64,000 nt of DNA from Thermomicrobiales bacterium (GTDB lineage: Bacteria > Chloroflexota > Chloroflexia > Thermomicrobiales > UBA6265), in assembly GCA_035708745.1 (NCBI GenBank), contig DASTFJ010000250.1, positions 7,467 to 71,466 on the forward strand. Direction: 5' to 3'. Shown one piece after another: positions 1-10,590 of the stretch (the first letter of the stretch is position 1; every line of letters starts with the position of its first letter). The notes under the pieces are model-generated. The model saw only the letters and a program-made list of their open reading frames with translations, was not told the DNA's origin and ran no database searches. The position numbers and the translations under genes were made by a program.

Positions 1-480
1 TTTCCGTCGATCATTTTGGCAATGGCCATCGCCGCGGCGCGCGGCGGGCCGGGGCTTTCGAATGCAATGATCGCCGTCATTCTGGTGCTTTGGCCGGAAT
101 ATGCCCGGCTCATGCGCGGGCAGGTGTTGACGCTCAAGGAAAACGAGTTCGTCACTGCGGCCAAGTCCCTCGGCGTGAGCGGGCGGCGCGTGCTTTTCCG
201 GCATATTCTGCCGAGCACCGACGCACCAATCGTCGTGAAGGCAACGCTCGATGTAGGCGCAGCCATCGTGCTCACCGCCGCGCTCAGCTTCATCGGTATC
301 GGCGCCGTTCCTCCAACTGCTGAATGGGGCGCCATGGTGAATCAGGGATCCAAAGTTGGATTGCAGTATTGGTGGTATTCGACCTTTCCGGGTTTGGCGA
401 TTATGTCGGTGGTGATGGGGTTGAATTTCTTCGGGGACGGACTGCGCGATGCGCTCGATCCGCGGCGTCGCCGCCGGTGA
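1..480 (+). CDS. Peptide/nickel ABC transporter permease (OppC/DppC type), 5'-truncated by the window edge
   Basis: EAA loop (EFVTAAKSLGVS), LSFIGIG..PP..EWG motif and C-terminal GDGLRDALDP. Confidence 0.93.
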   Translation, partial: FPSIILAMAIAAARGGPGLSNAMIAVILVLWPEYARLMRGQVLTLKENEFVTAAKSLGVSGRRVLFRHILPSTDAPIVVKATLDVGAAIVLTAALSFIGIGAVPPTAEWGAMVNQGSKVGLQYWWYSTFPGLAIMSVVMGLNFFGDGLRDALDPRRRRR

Positions 481-962
481 GTGAGCCATCGACCGAGCGG
501 GTGGCGACATTCATTGCCGCCCACACACTCGACGCAGAGATCATCTCGACGCCCGATGGTGTGCCTACCGTCGAAACAGCCGCGCTGGCGCTCGGCGTCG
601 AAGTCGATCAGATCGTCAAGACGCTCGTCTTCGTGGATTCCCAGAAACGACCGGTCATCGCGATTGCTTGCGGACTTGGCAAGATCGATCGGCACAAGCT
701 GGCGGATGCTGCAAATACCTCGAAACTCAAGCTCGCTCCGGCGGATCTCGTGCTCGAAACGACCGGTTACTCGCCCGGCGGCGTCGCTCCCATTGATCTG
801 CCCGACGGTATACGCGTCATCGTCGATCGATGTGTCGCAGCGCAGGACGTGGTTTATGGCGGTTCGGGCACCGACCTCCATATGATGCGGATCCGAACCA
901 AGGACATCATTCGCCTGAATGCCGCGTCGATCGGCGATATCCTGCAAGCAGGAAGCCCGTAA
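477..962 (+). CDS. YbaK/EbsC (ProX-like) aminoacyl-tRNA deacylase family protein
   Basis: IVKTLVF and TGYSPGGVAP motifs; the GTG start at 477 overlaps the upstream TGA (GTGA). Confidence 0.88.
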   Translation: MSEPSTERVATFIAAHTLDAEIISTPDGVPTVETAALALGVEVDQIVKTLVFVDSQKRPVIAIACGLGKIDRHKLADAANTSKLKLAPADLVLETTGYSPGGVAPIDLPDGIRVIVDRCVAAQDVVYGGSGTDLHMMRIRTKDIIRLNAASIGDILQAGSP

Positions 963-1088
963 TACTCCCCGCCCGTTCTCGGGAGTCAGGACCTTGGGCT
1001 CAGGACTCCTCCGATGCGCCATACTTACCGGCTGATCGACGCGCGGCCGGCCGCGCACCACGCTCGCCTTGACGGAGAACTCGCCAAC

Positions 1089-2195
1089 GTGACGACCAAA
1101 CTCGTGATCATCGGCCTGCCTGGTTCGGGCAAGTCGACGGTCTTCAATGCCCTCTCGCGCTCGAGCGCCGAAACCGGTTTCGGTGGTGACGACGAGCCAA
1201 ATCTCGCTACCGTCAAGGTGCCAGACGAGCGACTCGACCGCCTGACCGAGATGTTCCAACCGCAACGCAAAGTACCGGCGGATGTGCAGTACCTCGACGT
1301 GCGCGGGATCGACAAAGGTATTTCCGAGCAGGGGATGAGCGGACAGCTTCTCGGACATCTGAGCCAGGGCGACACGCTGGTGCTGGTGGTCCGCGCTTTC
1401 GAGGACGAAGCGATTCCGCATCCAGAAGGTTCAGTCGATCCAGGCCGAGATATCGAAACGATGAATCTCGAACTCGCCTTCTCCGATCTCTCGGTCGTGG
1501 ACAAACGTCTGCAGCGGGTCATCCAGCAACTCCCCAAGATGAAAGGCGCCGAGCGGGAAGCGTACGAGCGCGAACAAAAGCTGATGGAGCGGTTGAAAGC
1601 GACCCTCGAAGCCGATACGCCATTGCGCGAGATCGTCGACGAGCTCGAAGAAGATGACCGCAAGATCCTGCGCGGCTTCGGGCTGCTGACCATCAAGCCG
1701 ATGCTGATCCTGGTCAACCTCGGCGAATCGCAATTGGGCGACACCGGGGAAGCTTTGATCGCCGATTTGCGGTCTCGGTTCGCCACCCCCGGGGTCGCGG
1801 TCGACGGTCTGGCCGGCAAGATCGAGATGGAGATCGGCCAGCTCGAACCGGACGACGCCGCCATCTTCCTCGAAGACCTGGGCATCACCGAAACCAGCCG
1901 CGATCGCATCATCCGAGTCTCGTTCGAGTTGCTGGGATTGATTCCATTCCTGACCGCTGGTGAGGACGAATGCCGCGCCTGGACCATCCGGCGCGGAACG
2001 ACCGCCGTCGAAGCCGCCGGCGCAATTCATAGCGACATTCAACGAGGCTTCATCCGTGCCGAGATCGTTTCCTATGACGACCTGATCGAGGCCGGCAGCA
2101 TGGCCGAAACCAAGAAGCGCGGCACTTTTCGCCGCGAGGGCAAGACCTATATCGTTCAGGATGGCGACATCATAAATTTCCTATTTAACGTTTAA
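1089..2195 (+). CDS. ychF: Redox-regulated ATPase YchF (Obg family)
   Basis: P-loop GLPGSGKST, VKVPDERL, AGAIHSDIQRGFIRAE and EGKTYIVQDGDII; GGAG lies upstream of the GTG at 1089. Confidence 0.95.
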   Translation: MTTKLVIIGLPGSGKSTVFNALSRSSAETGFGGDDEPNLATVKVPDERLDRLTEMFQPQRKVPADVQYLDVRGIDKGISEQGMSGQLLGHLSQGDTLVLVVRAFEDEAIPHPEGSVDPGRDIETMNLELAFSDLSVVDKRLQRVIQQLPKMKGAEREAYEREQKLMERLKATLEADTPLREIVDELEEDDRKILRGFGLLTIKPMLILVNLGESQLGDTGEALIADLRSRFATPGVAVDGLAGKIEMEIGQLEPDDAAIFLEDLGITETSRDRIIRVSFELLGLIPFLTAGEDECRAWTIRRGTTAVEAAGAIHSDIQRGFIRAEIVSYDDLIEAGSMAETKKRGTFRREGKTYIVQDGDIINFLFNV

Positions 2196-2209
2196 CAAGG
2201 GAAATCCAA

Positions 2210-2971
2210 ATGATCGAGAACGAGACGGACGACTACCTCACGATAGAATTGCAACCGCGGAAAACCGTCGTTGCGCGGCTCACCGTTTTGCGGGCGCTGG
2301 TCGAGCGGTCCTTGCTCGAAGCGACCGCTATCGATGAAGGCGCCACCAACGAGCTGGAAGAGCGAAGATTCGACCTGCTTGCCGAGCTGTTGTCATCGAA
2401 TGCGGCTGACGCCATCGTGCCGGCCGAGCTCGCCATCTTCCAAACGCCGATCGCGCAGATTCCGGAAGAAGATGAGGTCGCGGTCATTCTGGCCGCTGAG
2501 TCGTTTGGCGTGCTTGGGAAGGCTTGCGGACTCTTCCGCGATCTGCCGTTGCCACCGGAACCGGTTGGCTCGAGCGAGGAAATTCTCGAGCAGATTCTGA
2601 TGATGTCGCCCGATGACCTATCGGCTCGGGTCGCGCTTCCAGACGAAGAAGCCGCCGCCGATATGCTCGAGATTGCCGAAGTCGTCTACTGGCGCGCCGA
2701 TATGGAATTCGGCGCGCGGTTGAACGGCGGAGAGCTCACGCCGGAGGAAAAGGAATCGATTGAAGCGGTCGGCATCGAAGCGAAAGCCTCCGGGTTGTTA
2801 CAGGTCTATCCTAGTGGCGAACTGAAACTCGGCAACAAACCGATTCGCAAGTGGTCCGACGACGAGGTGGAGACGTTTTATATCGTCTCATTGCAACAGC
2901 GGCTGGCAATGGAATGGCTCTGTTCTGCTGGTCAGGAATGGGTCGTCGTTTCCGACGAAGACGAAGAGTAG
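2210..2971 (+). CDS. Acidic hypothetical protein, possibly DUF4272-like
   Basis: 253-aa ORF directly after ychF; the C-terminal QQRLAMEWLC..QEW resembles the DUF4272 tail (weak, by eye). Confidence 0.55.
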   Translation: MIENETDDYLTIELQPRKTVVARLTVLRALVERSLLEATAIDEGATNELEERRFDLLAELLSSNAADAIVPAELAIFQTPIAQIPEEDEVAVILAAESFGVLGKACGLFRDLPLPPEPVGSSEEILEQILMMSPDDLSARVALPDEEAAADMLEIAEVVYWRADMEFGARLNGGELTPEEKESIEAVGIEAKASGLLQVYPSGELKLGNKPIRKWSDDEVETFYIVSLQQRLAMEWLCSAGQEWVVVSDEDEE

Positions 2972-3627
2972 CGATCGAACGCCGCCCGGGCGTTCTCGAC
3001 AAACTCCAGGATACGCTCCGGCGATTTTTCGCCCTCGATCTCGACGCCGCTGCTGACATCGACATGCGCCGGGCGGACCTGCTCGATCGCTCCCTCGACG
3101 TTATCCGGCCGCAACCCCCCGGCCAGCATGAGCGGAAACGATTCCGCGAGCCGGGCGGACAACTCCCAGTCGGCCAGCAGCCCGGTGCCGCCGCTTTGCC
3201 CCGGATGATAGGCATCGACCATGATCCACTGCGGAGGGATTGGCAATCCCATCACCCGCTCGAGATCGGGAGCAACTTCGTCATACGTCGCACCCGGCTC
3301 GGTCCGGCGGACCAGGTAATACGGCAGCTTGAATCGCTGCAAGTCGGCGTCGTTTTCCCGCCAGTGGAGTTGCAGGAGCTGAATTCCGGCCGCGCGAGCA
3401 GTGGCATTGATCTCCTCGACTGGATCGTCGACGAACAGCCCCACGGGTACCACAGAACCGGTCGTTCCTTCGACGATGTCGCGAGCCTGTTCGGCAGTTA
3501 CCTGCCGTCGCGACGGGGCGAAGACGAAGCCAATCAGATCGGAGCCGGCGTCATTGGCCGCCTGGGCAACCTCTACATTCCGCATACCGCAGATTTTGAC
3601 CAACGGACGATCCGGGAGCTTGATCAT
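2932..3627 (-). CDS. trpF: Phosphoribosylanthranilate isomerase
   Basis: VKICG, QLH, GGTG, LAGGL and VDVSSGVE motifs; last gene of the trp operon. Confidence 0.96.
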   Translation of the reverse strand: MIKLPDRPLVKICGMRNVEVAQAANDAGSDLIGFVFAPSRRQVTAEQARDIVEGTTGSVVPVGLFVDDPVEEINATARAAGIQLLQLHWRENDADLQRFKLPYYLVRRTEPGATYDEVAPDLERVMGLPIPPQWIMVDAYHPGQSGGTGLLADWELSARLAESFPLMLAGGLRPDNVEGAIEQVRPAHVDVSSGVEIEGEKSPERILEFVENARAAFDRYSSSSSETTTHS

Positions 3628-4469
3628 ACGCGCGGACCCTGCGGCTCATCCAGCTTGATCTGCTCGATCGCGGCGGTCCGGTCGGGCGCGACGATCAGCG
3701 ATTCGCCGACCAGCACGGCGTCCACGCCGGCCTCTCGCATTCGCTTTGCGTCCTCGCGCGTGAAGATGCCGCTCTCGCCGACGAGCACCACATCATCCGG
3801 AACCATCTTTGCCAGGCGCTCGGTCACCGCTAGGTCGACCTTGAATGTCCGCAAATCGCGGTTGTTGATGCCGATTAGTGTCGACCCGGCCACTAGCGCG
3901 CGCTCCATCTCCAGCGCGTCGTGGACTTCGACCAGCGTTTCGATGCCAGTCGCTGCAGCAGCCCGCATGAGCGAGATCAACCGGTCATCGGTCAACGCGC
4001 CGACAATCAGCAGGGTCGCATCGGCGCAGTTGGCTCGAGCTTCCAGCAATTGGTATTCGTCGACGATAAAGTCCTTGCGCAACACCGGGATCGGCTCGGT
4101 TCCTGTGTGTGCGATCGCCGCGGTTTCGGCGAGATCGGCGAGGGAGCCCTGAAAGAACGGCCCATCGGTTAGCACCGAAATGGCATCGGCTCCTGAAGTC
4201 CGATAGCTTTCAGCGACATCGGCCACCTCGAACTCCACCGGGAACCGCCCCTTGGAGGGAGAAGCGCGCTTAATCTCGGCGATCAAACCGAGAGCGGGCT
4301 TGCGCAGCGCCGCGTGCAGGCTGATCGCTGGCGCAGCCCTCTCGGCTTGCCGCTCGAGCTCCTGGTACGGAACGAGCGATTTGCGTGTTTCGACGTCCGC
4401 GGACGTGCGGGCGACGATCTTGTCGAGAATCGTTCCGGTTTCGAGCGTTCCTCGAAGAGTGGTCGACAT
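3624..4469 (-). CDS. trpC: Indole-3-glycerol phosphate synthase
   Basis: IAEIKRASPSKG, SVLTD, LRKDF, GINNRDL and ESGI motifs. Confidence 0.97.
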   Translation of the reverse strand: MSTTLRGTLETGTILDKIVARTSADVETRKSLVPYQELERQAERAAPAISLHAALRKPALGLIAEIKRASPSKGRFPVEFEVADVAESYRTSGADAISVLTDGPFFQGSLADLAETAAIAHTGTEPIPVLRKDFIVDEYQLLEARANCADATLLIVGALTDDRLISLMRAAAATGIETLVEVHDALEMERALVAGSTLIGINNRDLRTFKVDLAVTERLAKMVPDDVVLVGESGIFTREDAKRMREAGVDAVLVGESLIVAPDRTAAIEQIKLDEPQGPRV

Positions 4470-5530
4470 CAGGCCACCACCCTTTGGGCCGGTTGCCGGT
4501 TCGACGCCGCCACCATGCGGTCGACGACTGCCTCCGCGGCGCCCGAATCGAGCGATCGGATGGCGATGGCGATGCCTTCGGCAATCGAATCCGCCTCACC
4601 GGCCGCATAGATGCCGGCGCCCGCATTCAACACGACCACGTCACGGTAAGGGCCCACTGCACCCGCCAGCACCGAGCGGGTGATTTCGACATTTCGGGTG
4701 GCATCACCACCCATCATCGCCGAGACGGGCGCCCGGCCGAGACCAAGATCGACCGCATCGATTTCATAGGTGCGGACGCCCTTGGCCCGGTCGTATTCGG
4801 TCACTTTGGAGGGTCCACCGAGTCCGAATTCGTCGAATCCTTCCGAGGAATGGACGAACAGCACTCGCTCGCTGCCCAAACGGTCTTGCGCTGAGGCGAG
4901 CCGGGCGGACACCGAGCCATCGCCGACACCGATGAGCTGCCGCTTCACTTTGGCCGGATTCACCATCGGACCGAGGATATTGAACACCGTGCGGATTCCG
5001 ATCTCGCGCCGCACCGGTCCCGCATGCCGGAAACCGGGATGATACGCCGGAGCGAACATGAACCCGATGCCGGCCTCGTCGATGACCGAGGACACATGTT
5101 CGGGTTCCAGCTCGATTGCCACGCCCAGCGCTTCCAGCAAATCCGCCGACCCGCACGCGCTCGTGACCGACCGATTGCCGTGCTTGGCGACTTTGATCCC
5201 GCTGCCGGCGATCACAAAGGCCGCCGTGGTCGAGATATTGAAAGTGCCCGAATGATCGCCCCCGGTGCCGCAGGTGTCGATGGCGACGATACCGGGCGAC
5301 AGCTCGACATGCCGCGCATGCGTCCGCATCGCGCTGGCGAACCCGGCAATCTCATCGACCGTTTCGCCGCGGATGCGCAAGGCGGTCAGCAGCGACGCGA
5401 TCTGGGTGGCTGTTGCCTCGCCGGCCATGATCTGTCCCATGGCTGCGCCCGCCTCCTCGAAGGTCAGAGAGTCGCCCTCGACGACCTTGAAGATCGCTTG
5501 CCTGATATCGAAATCATTGTTTTCGCTCAT
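4469..5530 (-). CDS. trpD: Anthranilate phosphoribosyltransferase
   Basis: DTCGTGGD, FNIST and KHGNRSVTS motifs. Confidence 0.97.
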   Translation of the reverse strand: MSENNDFDIRQAIFKVVEGDSLTFEEAGAAMGQIMAGEATATQIASLLTALRIRGETVDEIAGFASAMRTHARHVELSPGIVAIDTCGTGGDHSGTFNISTTAAFVIAGSGIKVAKHGNRSVTSACGSADLLEALGVAIELEPEHVSSVIDEAGIGFMFAPAYHPGFRHAGPVRREIGIRTVFNILGPMVNPAKVKRQLIGVGDGSVSARLASAQDRLGSERVLFVHSSEGFDEFGLGGPSKVTEYDRAKGVRTYEIDAVDLGLGRAPVSAMMGGDATRNVEITRSVLAGAVGPYRDVVVLNAGAGIYAAGEADSIAEGIAIAIRSLDSGAAEAVVDRMVAASNRQPAQRVVA

Positions 5531-5539
5531 GGATGCTTC

Positions 5540-6157
5540 TCAGTAGCCGATCAACGCCGGTTGGCCGGCAGCGGTCGGCGCTTTGCCCGTCAATGCCAAA
5601 AAATTACCGAGCAATTGCTTGCCGGTCGGGGTCAGGATCGACTCCGGATGGAACTGCACACCGTAGACCGGAAGGTCCCGATGCTGAAGGCCCATGATGA
5701 TGCCGTCCTCGGTCTCGGCCGTGATCTCCAGATGATCCGGTAGTGTTTCCCGATCGACGATCAGCGAGTGATAGCGCGTGGCAATGAAGGGATTCGGCAA
5801 CCCCTGGAAGATCCCCTTGCCATCGTGCTGGATGAACGAGGTCTTGCCGTGCATCAGTTGCGGCGCACGGATCACATCGCCACCGAAGGCGTCACCGATC
5901 GACTGGTGTCCAAGACAAACGCCCAGGACCGGTACCTTGCCGGCCATATGCTCGATGATCCCGATCGAGATCCCAGCCTCTCGCGGCGTGCACGGTCCGG
6001 GTGAGAGGACGACCGCGTCCAGCTCATCTCCCATCGCGTCGACTTCCTCGAGCGTGATCTCGTCGTTGCGCTTCACGACCACATCGGCGCCGAGCTCGGA
6101 AAGAAACTGGTAGAGGTTGAAGGTGAATGAGTCGTAGTTGTCGACAAGCAGGATCAT
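5540..6157 (-). CDS. trpG: Anthranilate synthase component II (glutamine amidotransferase)
   Basis: DNYDSF, SPGP, GVCLGHQ and QFHPES motifs. Confidence 0.96.
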   Translation of the reverse strand: MILLVDNYDSFTFNLYQFLSELGADVVVKRNDEITLEEVDAMGDELDAVVLSPGPCTPREAGISIGIIEHMAGKVPVLGVCLGHQSIGDAFGGDVIRAPQLMHGKTSFIQHDGKGIFQGLPNPFIATRYHSLIVDRETLPDHLEITAETEDGIIMGLQHRDLPVYGVQFHPESILTPTGKQLLGNFLALTGKAPTAAGQPALIGY

Positions 6158-7752
6158 GACTGGGACTCCGTAGACGCGGCGGCAAAGGACCGCTCGTCCG
6201 ATTCGATACGCTCCGCCAGCTCGATGGCCCGGATCAATGCGCCCATTTTGTGAAAGCTCTCGGCATATTCGCCCTCAGGAGTGCTGTCCGCCACGATGCC
6301 GCCGCCGGCTTGGAGCGAGGCGATCCCGTCCTTATAGACCAGTGTGCGCAGGGCGATGCAAGTGTCCATCCCGCCTGAGAAATCGATATACCCCACCGCG
6401 CCCGAATAGGGGCCGCGCCGGTCGATCTCCTGTTCGGCGATGATCTCCATGGCCCGCACCTTCGGCGCGCCGGAGACCGTTCCCGCCGGGAAACAGGCGC
6501 GAAGCGCATCGAAGGCGCTCATGTCCGGCCGGATATCGCCCTCGACATGAGTCACGATGTGCATCACATGCGAATACCGGTCGATCGCCATGAAGCGCGG
6601 CACGCGCACCGAGCCCGGCACCGCCACCCGGCCGATGTCATTACGACCCAGATCGACCAGCATCACGTGCTCGGCCCGCTCCTTTTCGTCATTGATCAGC
6701 TCCTCGGCCAGCGCGGCATCCGCCTCGGGCGTCGCGCCGCGCGGCCGGGTTCCGGCGATCGGATGATTGGTCACGACCCCATCCTCCACCCGAACCAGCA
6801 GCTCGGGCGATGCGCCCACGATCTGGTAGTCGTTGAAATCGAGATAGAACATATAGGGCGACGGGTTCACCGCTCGCAACGCCCGGTAGATGGTGAATGG
6901 ATGCACCGGCGTATCGACATCGACCCGCTGCGAAAGCACCACCTGGAAGATGTCCCCCGCCTTGATATATTCGCGAGCAGAATCGACGAATTGGTGATAC
7001 CGCTCGATCGGGGTATTCGACTGCATCCGCTCATCGAGCGGGATTCCGACCGGCTCAGTGCCGGCGGGCATCTCGCCCAGTGGCGCCCGCAAACGGGCGA
7101 TCATCTCCTCGATGCGCAGCTCTGCTTCGGCATATGCCTCGCCGATCGGCCGGTTGTCAGCCAGATCGAGATGGCTGACGACCTTGACCGTTCGCTCCAG
7201 ATTGTCGAAAACGACCATGCCGTTGACCAGCAAGAAGCGGCCGGTTGGGAATCCGCGGCCCGGCCCATCGGCTTGCGGCACTCGCGGCTCGAACGCCCGG
7301 ACGGCCTCATATGAGAGAAATCCGACCGCTCCGCCCAGGAAACGTGGCAATGGCAGGTTGTCTACACGGGCCGAGTCGTACCAGGCCAGCTCGGAGCTCA
7401 GGAACGTGAGCGGATCTGTATACCGCTCCTTGCGGATCGCGTCGGCGGAAACGACGGTCGCCTCGCCCTCGTTGAGCGTGATATCGAGAAACGGCTCGGA
7501 CCCGATGAAGGAGTAGCGCGCCACGCGTTGACCGCCCTCGACACTCTCCAGCAGGAACGCCGGCGCATCACGCCGAATCTTGATGAACGCGGAAACCGGC
7601 GTCTCGGTATCGGCCATCACTTCGCGGTAGATGGGCACAAAGCGCGGTCGTTTGGACTGGCTCGATAGCCAGGATTCGACCTCCTGCAGCGAGGGGGTAA
7701 CGCTTCCGCGCGCCCGCATCTTCGGCATCGGTGCAACAGTGCTCTGAACCAT
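6154..7752 (-). CDS. trpE: Anthranilate synthase component I
   Basis: [27 protein letters not shown] and [11 protein letters not shown] motifs. Confidence 0.97.
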   Translation of the reverse strand: MVQSTVAPMPKMRARGSVTPSLQEVESWLSSQSKRPRFVPIYREVMADTETPVSAFIKIRRDAPAFLLESVEGGQRVARYSFIGSEPFLDITLNEGEATVVSADAIRKERYTDPLTFLSSELAWYDSARVDNLPLPRFLGGAVGFLSYEAVRAFEPRVPQADGPGRGFPTGRFLLVNGMVVFDNLERTVKVVSHLDLADNRPIGEAYAEAELRIEEMIARLRAPLGEMPAGTEPVGIPLDERMQSNTPIERYHQFVDSAREYIKAGDIFQVVLSQRVDVDTPVHPFTIYRALRAVNPSPYMFYLDFNDYQIVGASPELLVRVEDGVVTNHPIAGTRPRGATPEADAALAEELINDEKERAEHVMLVDLGRNDIGRVAVPGSVRVPRFMAIDRYSHVMHIVTHVEGDIRPDMSAFDALRACFPAGTVSGAPKVRAMEIIAEQEIDRRGPYSGAVGYIDFSGGMDTCIALRTLVYKDGIASLQAGGGIVADSTPEGEYAESFHKMGALIRAIELAERIESDERSFAAASTESQS

Positions 7753-7782
7753 CGTTCACTCCCGGATGATCGCCGGACAAAC

Positions 7783-7814
7783 AAAAAAACCCCCGTCCCA
7801 AACAGGGACGGAGG
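7783..7814 (-). terminator. Attenuator terminator of the trp T-box
   Basis: Minus strand CCTCCGTCCCTG-TT-TGGGACGGGGG followed by a T7 run. Confidence 0.9.
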
Positions 7815-8068
7815 TGCGATTGCACGTCCGCGGTACCACCCACGTTGGAGGCATTCACCTCCCACTCGACATGTACGGGCTGGACCTTCCAACCGATACA
7901 CCGCTCCCGATAACGGCGGAGACACCGGCGATGTCTACTCGATGACCGCGGCCATCTTTTGCATCGCGGCTCCAGGATCCATTCCGCGCCCGATTCGCGC
8001 CAGGCTCACACCCTCCCCGGCTCGCTTTGCGTCTCGTCTGTGGCGCGTACTCGCTCCTTTCGAAGCCA
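7783..8068 (-). ncRNA. T-box riboswitch (Trp specifier), transcription-attenuation type, in the trpE leader
   Basis: Minus strand has the T-box AACGTGGGTGGTACCGCGG (7828-7846), an AGTA element, GGGTGTGAG in the stem I apex, specifier GAA-TGG (UGG at 7979-7981), a CCGTTA element and a downstream terminator. Confidence 0.93.
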
Positions 8069-8089
8069 TACGCTCTTCGACTGCTCGCA

Positions 8090-8118
8090 ATGTTGCAACC
8101 GGAATCGCGGAATGTCAA
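8090..8118 (-). promoter_or_regulatory. Putative sigma70-type promoter for the T-box/trp operon
   Basis: TTGACA (8113-8118), 17-bp spacer, CAACAT (8090-8095), about 20 nt before the T-box 5' end. Confidence 0.6.
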
Positions 8119-8207
8119 GTACGGGACCTGAGCCCTGGGACGATCGAAGGGCACGGACTCCGCGCCGTGCCCGAGCCGGTCCCAGCTGAGGGCGTCTCTG
8201 CCCTCAC

Positions 8208-8265
8208 GTGTCCAAGTTCGAGTGTCGAGTGCTGCCCGCTGCCTGCATCCTGCTGCCTGCTACCC
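8208..8265. repeat. Degenerate heptamer tandem repeats
   Basis: gctgccc/gctgcct/gcatcct/gctgcct/gctaccc (8231-8265) preceded by gtgtcca/agttcga/gtgtcga. Confidence 0.65.
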
Positions 8266-8311
8266 TTTCCATCGAATCGGATCGGATCAAACGGGGAGCG
8301 ACCAGGCGGCA

Positions 8312-10408
8312 ATGGACGGCACGCGCATCGGGATCGATATCGGCGGGACCTTCACCGATTTTCTCCTCTTCGATGGCGCGACGGGACGCTTCTCGATCGC
8401 CAAGACACTGACCACGCCCGACGAACCAGCCCGCGCGGTCTCGACCGGCATCGGCCAACTTTCGGACCAAACCGGTCTCCCAGTCGAACGAGTCGAGCAG
8501 ATCGTCCATGGGACCACGCTGGTCACCAACGCGCTGATCGAGCGCAAGGGCGCGGTCACCGCCTTGATTACGACCAAGGGCTTCCGCGATGCGCTCGAGA
8601 TCGCCCGCGAGCATCGCTACGATCTCTACGATCTCTTCCTGGAGCCGCCTACCCCCCTGGTTCCACGCTATCTCCGCCTGGAAATGGACGAGCGCATCTT
8701 GAGCGATGGTTCGATCTCGACGCCGGTCGATCTGGACGAGCTCCCCGGGCTGCTCGAAACGATTCGGCAAGAAGGCGCAACCGCGGTGGCCGTTTCCTTT
8801 CTGCACAGCTATCAAAATCCGGAACACGAGCGCGGTGTGTTCGAGCGGCTACAGGAGCTCGCGCCCGAGCTGGTCTATTCGGTCTCCTCCGATGTCGCGC
8901 CCGAGATCCGCGAGTACGAGCGGACCAGCACCACGGTCGCCAATGTCTATGTCCGCCCGCTGGCCGAACGCTATATCGCCGGTCTGATCGATACGCTGGC
9001 GAACATCGGCTTCCACGGTTCACTCTTCATCATGCTCTCATCCGGCGGACTCTCATCGCCCGAGGCCGCGGCCCGCTATCCCATCCGTCTGGTGGAATCG
9101 GGTCCGGCCGCCGGCGCGCTGGCGGCCGCGCACATTGGCAAGCTCAGTGGGAGGGAGCAATTGCTCGCCTTCGACATGGGCGGCACGACCGCGAAGGCGT
9201 GCCTGGTCGGCCGGCAAGGCCTCACCTTCAGCGACGAGTTCGAAGTCAGCCGGGTCTATCGATTCAAGAAGGGCAGCGGACTACCCGTCAGCGTGCCAGT
9301 CATTGAGTTGATCGAGATCGGTTCGGGTGGCGGCAGTATCGCCCGGATCGATTCGCTCGGACTGCTCAAGGTTGGACCGGACAGCGCTGGGGCGATGCCT
9401 GGTCCCGCCTGCTATGGGCGCGGCGGCACGCAACCGACGGTGACCGATGCCGATCTGGTGCTCGGCTATCTCGATCCCGATCACTTTCTCGGCGGCAAGA
9501 TGCCACTTGATCTAGAAAAGGCCGCCACCGCCATCGCCAGGATCGCCGAGCCGTTAGGATTGTCCGTTACCGACGCCGCCTGGGGAATCCATCAGGTCGT
9601 CAACGAGCAAATGGCGGGCGCCGCGCGCATTCACGCCATCGAGCGCGGCGAAGATGCCCGCGCCTTCCCGCTCTTCGCCTTCGGTGGGGCAGGTCCTGTG
9701 CACGCGTACGGGGTGGCGAGCATCTTGCGCTCACCCGAGGTGATCGTGCCCTTCGGCGCCGGTGTCGCCAGCACAATCGGCTTCCTGGTTGCGCCGATCT
9801 CGTTCGATTTTGTGCGGACCTATGTTGGCAAGCTCGATATCCTCGATTGGCCCGAGGTCGCCCATCGCTTCAACGAGATGCGCAACGAAGGCGAAGCAAT
9901 GCTGACGGGCGCCGGCACCAGCGTCGAGCAGATCAGCTACCAACGCTTTGCCGAGCTGCGCTATGTCGGTCAGGGACACCAGATCAAGGTGCGCATTCCC
10001 GAAGGAGAGTTCGATATCTCTATGACCGGCAAGCTGCTGGCCGAATTCGAAGCGGAGTACAAACGGTTGTACGGTCGCGTTGCCACCGGCAATCCGGTGG
10101 AAGCGATCAATTGGCGTTTGGTGGCGGCCGCGCCGTCACCGCACCTCCCACTCGATATGCTCGCTGCGGAAGGCGCCGTCGACTCTACGCGGGCGCGCAA
10201 GGGAACCCGGCGGGCGTTTGTGCCAGAACTTGGGAGCTATCAGGAGATTCCGGTCTACGACCGCTACGCCCTCGGTCCTGATTTCGCGACGGCCGGTCCC
10301 GCGATCATCGAAGAAAACGAATCGACCATCGTGGTGGGAGGGGAAGCCGATATTCGGGTCGATGCATTTTCGAATGTGATCGTCAAGATGCCATTCGGAT
10401 CGTCGTAA
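8312..10408 (+). CDS. Hydantoinase/oxoprolinase family, subunit A (ATP-binding)
   Basis: GIDIGGTFTD, HGTTLVTN, ESGPAAG, DMGGTT and GPDSAGA.PGP motifs. Confidence 0.93.
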   Translation: MDGTRIGIDIGGTFTDFLLFDGATGRFSIAKTLTTPDEPARAVSTGIGQLSDQTGLPVERVEQIVHGTTLVTNALIERKGAVTALITTKGFRDALEIAREHRYDLYDLFLEPPTPLVPRYLRLEMDERILSDGSISTPVDLDELPGLLETIRQEGATAVAVSFLHSYQNPEHERGVFERLQELAPELVYSVSSDVAPEIREYERTSTTVANVYVRPLAERYIAGLIDTLANIGFHGSLFIMLSSGGLSSPEAAARYPIRLVESGPAAGALAAAHIGKLSGREQLLAFDMGGTTAKACLVGRQGLTFSDEFEVSRVYRFKKGSGLPVSVPVIELIEIGSGGGSIARIDSLGLLKVGPDSAGAMPGPACYGRGGTQPTVTDADLVLGYLDPDHFLGGKMPLDLEKAATAIARIAEPLGLSVTDAAWGIHQVVNEQMAGAARIHAIERGEDARAFPLFAFGGAGPVHAYGVASILRSPEVIVPFGAGVASTIGFLVAPISFDFVRTYVGKLDILDWPEVAHRFNEMRNEGEAMLTGAGTSVEQISYQRFAELRYVGQGHQIKVRIPEGEFDISMTGKLLAEFEAEYKRLYGRVATGNPVEAINWRLVAAAPSPHLPLDMLAAEGAVDSTRARKGTRRAFVPELGSYQEIPVYDRYALGPDFATAGPAIIEENESTIVVGGEADIRVDAFSNVIVKMPFGSS

Positions 10409-10477
10409 AACACCGATTCTTGTGAAGCAAGCGACAATGTGCCGGTTCTTTGAGTGGCCGGACCCAAATCGACCCGG

Positions 10478-10506
10478 TTGCGACCATGTGTCCAGCAACG
10501 TAGGAT
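10478..10506 (+). promoter_or_regulatory. Putative sigma70-type promoter of the repeat lipoprotein
   Basis: TTGCGA, 17-bp spacer, TAGGAT. Confidence 0.5.
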
Positions 10507-10590
10507 TCTTCGCGGAAGTAGACAAGGTCGATCGGTGATCTCTCCGCAAATCTATGGGCGGAAACGATCGAACATCACAGGGCGAGGGGT

